Source: an uncultured Nitrososphaerota archaeon (lineage in GTDB: Archaea > Thermoproteota > EX4484-205 > JAAOZP01). From it: DNA of 64,000 nt. The stretch spans positions 8,830 through 72,829 of the forward strand of contig CAZTSG010000001.1 of assembly GCA_964616835.1 (NCBI GenBank), in the 5' to 3' direction. The notes below the pieces were generated by a model. It made no database searches. It was not told the origin of the DNA and was given only the letters and a program-made list of their open reading frames with translations. Of this stretch, positions 56,842-64,000 are shown piece after piece. The position numbers were made by a program, and so were the translations under genes. The stretch's first letter is position 1. Each line of letters begins with the position of its first letter.

Positions 56842-57081
56842 ATGATAAGAGTTAAACTGATTTTGAAGTACGGGGATGAATGGGTTCCAAGTGCAATCTA
56901 CAGGGCTTGCCTTCAAGAGGTGGTTTCGGAGCCTAAAAGCGGGGTTAATGCGAAGGTCGTCGGCAATAAGCTGCTTCTTTTATTCAAAGGAAGCAAGCCT
57001 TCTAAGGTGGCTGAAAGACTGAGGAATACCTTGCACCTGATCAGCTTGATGGAGCGTTCCATAGCCCTCCTGGAGACCTAG
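56842..57081 (+). CDS. small conserved protein, possibly KEOPS subunit Pcc1-like
   Basis: 79 aa in the superoperon slot where Pcc1/RpoP-type small genes occur. The C-terminus (LRNTLHLISLMERSIALL) is loosely Pcc1-like. Confidence 0.3.
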   Translation: MIRVKLILKYGDEWVPSAIYRACLQEVVSEPKSGVNAKVVGNKLLLLFKGSKPSKVAERLRNTLHLISLMERSIALLET

Positions 57082-57140
57082 CTCTCATTACGCTGGAAGC
57101 ATATGTTTTTAAGCATCCTGGATTATGGGAATTAGGAGCA

Positions 57141-57506
57141 ATGTCTCAGGAACTGCCTCTTCAACTGCAAGAGAAGCTGTCTAGGCTTCAACAGCTTCAG
57201 CAAACCCTAGAATCTCTCTACATCCAGAAGGAGCAGGCTAAGCTTGAAGCCAGGGAGCTGGAATCTGCTCTTCAAGAACTGTCTTCTGTCGATGAAAACA
57301 CTCCGGTTTACAGGATAACCGGTAGGATTCTTATTAGGAAGAGCAAGGCAGACTTGATAAACGAGTTGAATGAGCAGAGGGAGCTTATTAAAGTCAGGAT
57401 AAGCGCGATCGAAAGGCAGGAGAGCAAGGTTAGGGAAAGGGTTAGCGAGCTTGAAAACGAGTTGAAAGCAGCTCTTTCTACTGGCAAGGGCAATCTACCT
57501 GCTTAA
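57141..57506 (+). CDS. pfdB: prefoldin subunit beta
   Basis: 121-aa coiled-coil protein with a central beta-hairpin region (VYRITGRILIRKSK). Confidence 0.75.
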   Translation: MSQELPLQLQEKLSRLQQLQQTLESLYIQKEQAKLEARELESALQELSSVDENTPVYRITGRILIRKSKADLINELNEQRELIKVRISAIERQESKVRERVSELENELKAALSTGKGNLPA

Positions 57507-57572
57507 GAAATAAGCAGGCTGCTTGTCTAAAGACTTTTTAAATCACCCCCTGTTTCTGAGACAAAACTGAGG

Positions 57573-58424
57573 ATGAACATAGTAGAGCTGAGAAACGTGA
57601 GCTTCCGATACGCGGGCTCCGAGAGAAACGTTTTATCAAATCTTAATCTTAAGATTGAGGAAGGAGAGAGTGTACTCATAACGGGTCCCTCGGGTTGCGG
57701 GAAGTCTACGATAGCTAGAGTCATCACGGGCTTGATACCGCATAGTTATCCCGGGGATTTCAGTGGCGAAGCATATGTCTTAGGCATGAACGTTTTGGAG
57801 AACCCGGTTAGCAGAATTGCGACGAGTTGCGGGATCGTGTTTCAAAACCCCGAAAACCAACTGTTCACTTTCAGCGTGGAGGATGATGTCGCATTCGGAC
57901 CTGAAAACCTCGCCCTCCCCCCTGACGAGATTTGTAGGAGAGTCGACGAATCTCTTAGGCTTGTTGGAATAGAACATCTCAGACGTGCTTCTCCAAACAG
58001 TATTTCAGGCGGGGAGCAGCAGAAGGCGGCTATCGCATCCATACTCTCCATGCATCCGTCCTTGATAATTTTTGACGAGCCTACTTCTATGCTGGACCCC
58101 TCGTCGTCAGCTAGTCTGATTCAAAGCATCTTCAGGCTTAAGGAGAGTCTTAGAAGGATGGGGAAGGAGATAACGCTGATAATTATAGAGCATAGGATTA
58201 GTCTACTTATTGACCATATCTCAAGGATGATTGTTGTGTCAGACGGTAGAATAGTTCTCGACGGAGACCCTATGATGGTTCTCAACGAGAGCTTTAAAAG
58301 AAGGATTCCGATCAACATCCCCCCGGTTCTTCAAATATACTTCAGGATTAAGGATAGGTGCGGCTTAGAGAAGCCTCCGAGAAGCCTCAAAGAGCTCCTC
58401 TCTCATTTAAGGGAGGCGGGTTGA
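57573..58424 (+). CDS. ecfA: ECF (energy-coupling factor) transporter ATPase EcfA1/CbiO
   Basis: Walker A GPSGCGKST, signature ISGGEQQKAAIAS, Walker B LIIFDEPTSMLD. 283 aa. Confidence 0.8.
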   Translation: MNIVELRNVSFRYAGSERNVLSNLNLKIEEGESVLITGPSGCGKSTIARVITGLIPHSYPGDFSGEAYVLGMNVLENPVSRIATSCGIVFQNPENQLFTFSVEDDVAFGPENLALPPDEICRRVDESLRLVGIEHLRRASPNSISGGEQQKAAIASILSMHPSLIIFDEPTSMLDPSSSASLIQSIFRLKESLRRMGKEITLIIIEHRISLLIDHISRMIVVSDGRIVLDGDPMMVLNESFKRRIPINIPPVLQIYFRIKDRCGLEKPPRSLKELLSHLREAG

Positions 58425-58430
58425 TGAGAA

Positions 58431-59255
58431 ATGGTTGAAATAGTTGTCGAGAACCTTTTCTTCAAATATCCGGAAGCTGAGGACTATGCTTTGAAAAGCG
58501 TTAATCTCGTCATTAAAGAAGGTGAGAGTATTGCGATACTTGGTGAAAACGGCGCTGGCAAGACAACGCTTGCTAAAAACCTTAACGGCCTGCTCAAGCC
58601 AACCCGGGGAAGCGTTAGGATCGAAGGCGTGGATACGAGGAGCCTCTCGGTTGCGAAGATAGCTAGGAAAATAGGCTTCGTATGCCATAACCCCGACCAC
58701 CAGTTTTTTGCAGAAACGGTTGAGGAAGAGATCCGGTTTGGACTGAGGAACTTCGGTTTCCCTGAGGACGAGGCTGAGAAGAGCGTCCAGGAGGCTCTGA
58801 AAACATTCGGATTGGAGGAGTATAGGTCTAGAAACCCTTTCCAACTGAGCGGTGGAGAGAAGAAGAGACTGGCCATGGCTTCGATAATGGTTTGGCACCC
58901 GGAGTTACTGATCTTGGACGAGCCGACAATAGGCATGGACTATGCTCAGAGGCTGAATATTCAAAGAGTTCTTAAAAACCTGGTTTCAGAAGGCAGGAGC
59001 ATAGTTGTGATAACTCACGACGTTGATTTTGCTGCAAGCCTGTGCGAGAGAGCAATAATCCTAAGCAGGGGTGAAGTAATTGGAGACGGATGCTTACGCA
59101 AGCTTCTTTCAGATAGTGAAGTTGTTGAGAAAGCCTCCTTGAGAAAGCCCTTCTTGATCGAGCTTGAGGAAGAGGCTGGTTTCTCAAAGATGGAGGAGGA
59201 TTTCGACGAGATATGCGATTTTCTGACGAGGGTGTTTCCTAAATGTCGTTCCTAA
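58431..59255 (+). CDS. ecfA: ECF transporter ATPase EcfA2/CbiO
   Basis: Walker A GENGAGKTT, signature LSGGEKKRLAMAS, Walker B LLILDEPTIGMD. 274 aa. Confidence 0.8.
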   Translation: MVEIVVENLFFKYPEAEDYALKSVNLVIKEGESIAILGENGAGKTTLAKNLNGLLKPTRGSVRIEGVDTRSLSVAKIARKIGFVCHNPDHQFFAETVEEEIRFGLRNFGFPEDEAEKSVQEALKTFGLEEYRSRNPFQLSGGEKKRLAMASIMVWHPELLILDEPTIGMDYAQRLNIQRVLKNLVSEGRSIVVITHDVDFAASLCERAIILSRGEVIGDGCLRKLLSDSEVVEKASLRKPFLIELEEEAGFSKMEEDFDEICDFLTRVFPKCRS

Positions 59256-59977
59256 GAGCATTCAAATACAAGAGGAAGGATTCTTTAATACATAGGCTGG
59301 ATCCCAGGTCTAAGTTTCTTCTCTCAATAGTGTTAATGTCTTTTTCAATAGTGTTTCTTGATTTGCGCATACTCTTTGCAATCCTAATTTTTCAAATAAC
59401 CCTATTAGGCTTGGCGAAGACTCTTAGAGAATGGGTTTATTCACTCAGGGGGTTAATCTTCTTTTTCATAATAATATTCATCACGCAAATACTATTCGGC
59501 GGGAGCCTTTTCACAGGATTCATACTCTCCTTAAGGCTTATAGTATTATCATCGTCGATGTCCTGGTTTTTCCTTTCCTCTACTCCCGAGGATATTGGTA
59601 GAGCTATGAGCGCTGCGCGAATCCCCATAGAGCTTACTTTCTCCTTCATAATGGCCATCCGTTTCATACCTGTTATCTACGACGAGTTCCAATCCATATA
59701 CGATGCGCAGCGTTCACGTGGGCTGGAGCTTGAAAAAGGAGGCTTCAGGACGAGAATAAGAAACCTTATGCCGATTCTAATCCCCCTTCTCGTCGGGACA
59801 ATAAGGAGGACTTATGAGATCGCCGACGCGATGGAGGTTAGGGCCTTCGGGGCCTCGCCCAAGAGAACAAGCTACAAGCCTTTAAAGTTTGGAAGGGGAG
59901 ACTATTTTATCTGCTTAGCCGCAGCAATACTGGCTCTACTCATTTTCTACCTTAAACTGTTTTTAGGGCTGGAGTAG
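59243..59977 (+). CDS. ecfT: ECF transporter transmembrane component EcfT/CbiQ
   Basis: 244-aa polytopic protein with the EcfT C-terminal motif region (EIADAMEVRAFG). Confidence 0.75.
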   Translation: MSFLRAFKYKRKDSLIHRLDPRSKFLLSIVLMSFSIVFLDLRILFAILIFQITLLGLAKTLREWVYSLRGLIFFFIIIFITQILFGGSLFTGFILSLRLIVLSSSMSWFFLSSTPEDIGRAMSAARIPIELTFSFIMAIRFIPVIYDEFQSIYDAQRSRGLELEKGGFRTRIRNLMPILIPLLVGTIRRTYEIADAMEVRAFGASPKRTSYKPLKFGRGDYFICLAAAILALLIFYLKLFLGLE

Positions 59978-59979
59978 GC

Positions 59980-61458
59980 TTAAGCGAATCTTATTTGAGA
60001 AACCATTCCGTTCTTAAGCATGAGCACTGCAGCAATATTCGGAGTCGGCATTATTCCAAGCTGCTCTTGATACTTGGTTCTCTCCTGCCACGTACCGCTG
60101 TTTATTAGCTTAATTTCCCTATAAACCCCGTTTCTGAAAACATGTACGTGACCTGTATGAAACACATCCGGAACCTCATCTATGACAAGATCGTCTTGAC
60201 CCTGTGCTAGTAAAGGTGTTCTATAACCGTACACTGGAGCTAGGTGCCTGAGTTGAAGCATTATCTCCATAGCGTTCTCAGGCCTATCGTAACTCGCGTT
60301 CTTGGCGAAGGTTGCAATATCCTCCATGCTTGTGCCATGATACACTAGGAACTTAACACCGTGCAGCGACACCATGCAGGGATTGCTAAGAGATAATAGG
60401 TTTCCACTACTATCGAGCTTCTCCAGATACTCGTCAAATATCGGGGGCTGCGGGATAGCTCTTAGGGTAGCGTCATGATTGCCAGGTATAACTATGATCT
60501 TGATATACTCAGGTATTTGACTCAGAAGAGTTGAAAGACCAACATACTGTTCTTCCACACTTCTCGCTTTCAGTTCTTTTTCTTGCTGAGGATAGACTCC
60601 AACGCCGTCTACAAGGTCTCCAGCTATGATTATGTACTTAACCCTGGAAGATACTTCCTTCTCCCTCCCAGTAAGACCCCCCTCCCTAAGCCACCGTATC
60701 ATTCTTAAGAAGGCTTTCTCAGAGAATTTCTGGCTCCCATAATGGATGTCGGAGGTTAAGATGACCGACACGTCTTCTTCAGCCGGCTTAAACCTCTTTA
60801 TCGGCACGTCTGGAAAAATCAGCGACCTGCAGAAAAGCCTAGAGTTAGAGACGTAAAAGGACACTCCGACCACCGAGTCAGGTAAGAGCCTGCCTATTTT
60901 TTCCCTCAAATCTCTGTCACAATCCTTAGGGATCATTATCTTCGTAGTGAAATCAATATCCTCCACTACAAGGTAGTTTTCACGCTTCTCATACACCATG
61001 GCTATGGTTTTCCCCTCTGAGCGGTCTGGGAGGCTGCATGCTTTTCTCAACGGGTAATACGGAGCCATGTCCACTCTGCTCCTTAATATTGAAGAGATCT
61101 TTGAATACCTGTCTGCAAAATACCTTCTCCTAGCCTCCAGATCATCCGATGCCTGCCTAGCCTCGTAGGACTTTAAAACCTTGATTCTTTCCTCAATGTC
61201 TTTAGCTAAAACCTGATTGTGCACGCCCAACGACACCTCTGTCTTCATAGTGCTACCTATAACTCGTTCAACAGCCTCTTTCGAGACAACAACCCCCTCT
61301 TTCCCGGTTTCTTCAACCAGTTTACTAAGGATCGTGTGAATCGATTTTTCATCGTAGTTTTCAACAAGAATTGAAAGTGCCTCCGGGTTTAGAAGCATCC
61401 CCAAGCGCGTTGCTTCTGCTAGTATCTTCCTCTTGACAACCTCCTTATTCTGACTCAA
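59980..61458 (-). CDS. polB: DNA polymerase II (PolD) small subunit DP1-like calcineurin-type phosphoesterase
   Basis: Phosphoesterase motifs SDIHYGS, IIAGDLVDGVGVYPQQEKEL, VIPGNHD and HTGHVH. The GDxVDGxGxYP motif II is DP1-like rather than Mre11-like. 492 aa. Confidence 0.55.
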   Translation of the reverse strand: MSQNKEVVKRKILAEATRLGMLLNPEALSILVENYDEKSIHTILSKLVEETGKEGVVVSKEAVERVIGSTMKTEVSLGVHNQVLAKDIEERIKVLKSYEARQASDDLEARRRYFADRYSKISSILRSRVDMAPYYPLRKACSLPDRSEGKTIAMVYEKRENYLVVEDIDFTTKIMIPKDCDRDLREKIGRLLPDSVVGVSFYVSNSRLFCRSLIFPDVPIKRFKPAEEDVSVILTSDIHYGSQKFSEKAFLRMIRWLREGGLTGREKEVSSRVKYIIIAGDLVDGVGVYPQQEKELKARSVEEQYVGLSTLLSQIPEYIKIIVIPGNHDATLRAIPQPPIFDEYLEKLDSSGNLLSLSNPCMVSLHGVKFLVYHGTSMEDIATFAKNASYDRPENAMEIMLQLRHLAPVYGYRTPLLAQGQDDLVIDEVPDVFHTGHVHVFRNGVYREIKLINSGTWQERTKYQEQLGIMPTPNIAAVLMLKNGMVSQIRFA

Positions 61459-61549
61459 CCGTTAGAAATTGAACAGTAGAGTTTTTATTCTTTTCAAAGC
61501 CGATAAAGGATAAGTTTATTTACCTTGAGTAGAAAAATAACTGTTGTAA

Positions 61550-61735
61550 ATGTCTGAAGAACGTTCTAAGAAAAAAGGAGGACGTAGGTCTGCCCGCCTC
61601 CCTGCGGGAACCGCGGGACTATTCAGCACCCTGGGTGAAAAAGGTAAAGGTTTTCAGATTAAGCCCATAATAGTAATCGCTCTATCGATAATCTTTGTAG
61701 CACTCAGCGTACTAATGCTTGTGTTGAGAATATAA
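61550..61735 (+). CDS. secG: preprotein translocase subunit Sec61beta (SecG archaeal type)
   Basis: 61 aa. Basic N-terminus, PAGTAGLFSTLGE (cf. SAGLxRYxDE) and a single C-terminal TM helix. Confidence 0.55.
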   Translation: MSEERSKKKGGRRSARLPAGTAGLFSTLGEKGKGFQIKPIIVIALSIIFVALSVLMLVLRI

Positions 61736-61739
61736 AAGA

Positions 61740-63509
61740 TTGTCCTCCAGAGACGCATCTCGTTATGCCAAGTTCCTCCTTTCATTTCCATCTTTACACG
61801 TATTAGCGCCTGTAAACCTCTTGCTAGAGGTAACTATTTCAATATTTATATTGGTTTCGTGTCCTATTCTCAGAGGGATTCCTCAAACTTTAATCCTATT
61901 TTTCTCACCAACGCTATACTCAGTATTCATCTATGAGGTTTTTCTTCGGGGAGATAAAATCCTAACCTTAAGGAGACTGCTGGCGCTTCAATCTATCCAA
62001 GAGGTTCTTTACATACTGCTTGTTTCAATCGGATTTTTACTTGCTCTAGTTTTTGGTCAAAGTTCCTGCTCTACAATATTCTTCATGGTTTCAATAGGTG
62101 TGTCCTTGTCATCCTTCACCTCTACACTAGTAATGCTCGGCTTCCTGAGGAGAAAAACTCCTATTGTCCTCGCAATATCTTTGCTATACGCGTTTTTACA
62201 ATCATCCCGCTGGCTCATATTAAGTCTAATACTGGTTGGATCGTGGGTCAAAACAATTCTGCCACTTTCAATATCTTTTTCCGCATGTCTACTCTTCTTG
62301 TTTACTATACGTCTTAAATGGGAGAAATACTCTTCGAAGAATCCGTTAGAGATTTTCAAAGCATACTTGGAATACTACTTAAACAAGAATCCTGAGCCGT
62401 TTGAAACCATCCTTGAGGAAATGAGTAGGAAAGAGGACCTAGCACTGTCCCTGTTGTTCCTAACACCTCGGGCTGGAGAAAGCCTGTCAATCTTCGGCTT
62501 ATCCGCTCACTTCGGGCCATTTGGCACGGTTGGCAGCAGTTCACTGCCGAGTCGTTTAATCGAGGAGTTTGAAAACAATGGTTTTCGAATAGTTCTGCTC
62601 CGTAATCTTTCAGACCACCGTTTTAACCTCCCCTCATGGAGACAAGTCGAGAAGATTAGGGAGAAGATGTTGGAAGCGTTAAGTTCCGCTGAACCCTTGG
62701 GAGAGTGTCGGGCAAGCATAATTCAAAAAGAGGCTGAGGGGTATTGCATCACCGCTATCCGTATCTGTTCCTATTGTATTGTTTTATTATCATGCCCAGG
62801 GCATTCTGTGGAAGACCTTCCTCCGGAATGGTTGCCAGTGTTTTCGGATATTGTGAGCAACCACGGCTTAACTGCGCTAATAGTTACTGATGCGCATAAC
62901 TCGATAGATTCTTCAAATTGGAAAATGTCGGAACCTAATAGGGAAACCTTCTCAAGGCTCTTGCATAGTGCGTTGGGAAACCTAAAGGAAATGCCTCAAA
63001 AAGATTTGAAAATCGGGTTTAACAGGCTTCTGCCCACCATTCTTCCTAGAGACGAAATAGGGCCTGGGGGAATATCTACCGTAGTTTTCAATACTGGGGA
63101 TGAGAATCATGTCCTCGTATTAATTGACGGGAACAATATGGTTAGCGGATTACGTAATTACCTCGTTAACAACCTTAAAAGCATACTCGGTTTATCAACG
63201 CTTGAGGTCGTTACGACAGACACTCACCTCCTAACCGGTGTTAGGAAGTCTAGGAAGGGATATTTCCCAATAGGCTCTAAGACAGGTAGAGAGCTTATTC
63301 TTCAATCCTGCATGGAGTCTATTAATAGTGCTATGAAGAGTCTTTCCCCATGCTCAGTGAATGCTTGGACCGGGAGAGTTGATGGGGTCAAGGTTACTGG
63401 GGAGGTTTTCGATAGGTTTATGAACTTCGTGGAGTATTGTGACAGAGTGATACGTGTTCTATTTCTTGCTATAACACTACTGAATACTTTGTTGCTTGGC
63501 TTCCTTTAA
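61740..63509 (+). CDS. large membrane protein (N-terminal ~250-aa polytopic domain + soluble domain + C-terminal TM), DUF2070-like?
   Basis: 589 aa. Starts 4 nt after the Sec61beta stop. Family assignment not verifiable here. Confidence 0.35.
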   Translation: MSSRDASRYAKFLLSFPSLHVLAPVNLLLEVTISIFILVSCPILRGIPQTLILFFSPTLYSVFIYEVFLRGDKILTLRRLLALQSIQEVLYILLVSIGFLLALVFGQSSCSTIFFMVSIGVSLSSFTSTLVMLGFLRRKTPIVLAISLLYAFLQSSRWLILSLILVGSWVKTILPLSISFSACLLFLFTIRLKWEKYSSKNPLEIFKAYLEYYLNKNPEPFETILEEMSRKEDLALSLLFLTPRAGESLSIFGLSAHFGPFGTVGSSSLPSRLIEEFENNGFRIVLLRNLSDHRFNLPSWRQVEKIREKMLEALSSAEPLGECRASIIQKEAEGYCITAIRICSYCIVLLSCPGHSVEDLPPEWLPVFSDIVSNHGLTALIVTDAHNSIDSSNWKMSEPNRETFSRLLHSALGNLKEMPQKDLKIGFNRLLPTILPRDEIGPGGISTVVFNTGDENHVLVLIDGNNMVSGLRNYLVNNLKSILGLSTLEVVTTDTHLLTGVRKSRKGYFPIGSKTGRELILQSCMESINSAMKSLSPCSVNAWTGRVDGVKVTGEVFDRFMNFVEYCDRVIRVLFLAITLLNTLLLGFL

Positions 63510-63773
63510 GTGAGGATTCTCCACAACTATTTCTATCACAGGCACTATTCTTGAAGAGCCTTCCCCGCTTTCCTCTAGAATCCTTACTTCAATTATCTGC
63601 ATGCCCGCTATATTCCTCCGCAGAAGATTGGCAACGTCAACAGCTCTAGAAATGTTCTCCCCCCTACCTCTTATGATGAGGGTTTTGCTCCCGCTATTAA
63701 ACACGGTGATGCATGCGGTAACATAGTTCCAAGGCTTCTTCCTCCCCACTATAACCACAGCCTCGCTAGCCAA
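63477..63773 (-). CDS. albA: Alba (Sso10b-type) DNA/RNA-binding protein, TTG start
   Basis: VVIVGRKKPWNYVTACITVFNSGSKTLIIRGRGENISRAVDVANLLRR matches the Alba family. 98 aa. Confidence 0.85.
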   Translation of the reverse strand: MASEAVVIVGRKKPWNYVTACITVFNSGSKTLIIRGRGENISRAVDVANLLRRNIAGMQIIEVRILEESGEGSSRIVPVIEIVVENPHLKEAKQQSIQ

Positions 63774-64000
63774 TATTCATCATCTCCACTTCACTGTCGC
63801 CAGTAACCTCAACGCATAATCTACCTATACCCCTTTCCCTAACGTTGCACCATTTAATTCTTAACCCCATCCCGGGCCGTAGACCAAGTATTTTACTAGT
63901 GTTTTCGCGCCAAGCCACTACCTCCACCATCCCCGTGTCATCCATTATGTTTAGGCGGCATGCTCTTATCTTTTCACCAGATGCTAAAACAACTTCTTGC
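63765..64000 (-). CDS. partial CDS (N-terminus outside window), possible OB-fold nucleic-acid-binding protein
   Basis: A minus-strand frame is open to the window edge and reads ...IMDDTGMVEVVAWRENTSKILGLRPGMGLRIKWCNVRERGIGRLCVEVTGDSEVEMMNIG*. Its stop overlaps the albA start. Confidence 0.25.

Noticed and set aside
59980-61458. Alternative call as Mre11 nuclease
   Set aside because: Motif II reads GDLVDGVGVYP (DP1-like) rather than GDLFD. There is no rad50/herA/nurA partner adjacent. Kept as DP1-like with moderate confidence only.
1-64000. CRISPR array, rRNA genes, integrase/transposase
   Set aside because: I scanned for regularly spaced 24-40-bp direct repeats and found none. There are no rRNA-like stretches and no ORF with recombinase or transposase motifs. 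The accessory island at 26.6-28.7 kb has no recognisable mobility gene.

Overview
This window reads as an archaeal chromosome segment of roughly 50% GC from a thermophile-like TACK-type lineage. It is dense with core information-processing genes on both strands.

- **Transcription and translation core.** The window carries the rpoH-rpoB-rpoA-L30e-NusA-S12-S7 cluster, with RpoA' and RpoA'' encoded as one continuous 1282-aa ORF, followed by EF-1alpha, EF-1beta and GlyRS.
- **Replication and repair.** ATP-dependent DNA ligase, a family B DNA polymerase, a probable PolD small subunit (DP1), FEN-1, endonuclease V and a B12-type class II ribonucleotide reductase next to cobA.
- **RNA and protein processing.** The Pop5-PsmA-SBDS-Rrp4-Rrp41-Rrp42-L37ae-prefoldin exosome superoperon, FttA/aCPSF1 overlapping proteasome beta, a second beta subunit with Ala in place of the catalytic Thr1, RtcA, the tRNA-splicing endonuclease and Pth2.
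- **tRNAs.** Three tRNA genes; the tRNA-Tyr carries an approximately 68-nt intron.
- **Metabolism.** egsA (G1P dehydrogenase), myo-inositol-1-phosphate synthase, NMNAT, IMPDH, and RibL plus two RibK paralogs.
- **Accessory-looking content.** A membrane-anchored GH10 xylanase with a truncated ABC-2 permease fragment beside it; a PadR-ABC efflux operon behind an 854-bp AT-rich palindrome-rich spacer; a VapBC island carrying decayed DUF167 and SPASM-domain gene fragments between tuf and guaB; an ECF transporter module; and a Sec61beta-large membrane protein pair.

No CRISPR array, rRNA, integrase or transposase is visible. Several calls rest on motif recall only, because no database search could be run.
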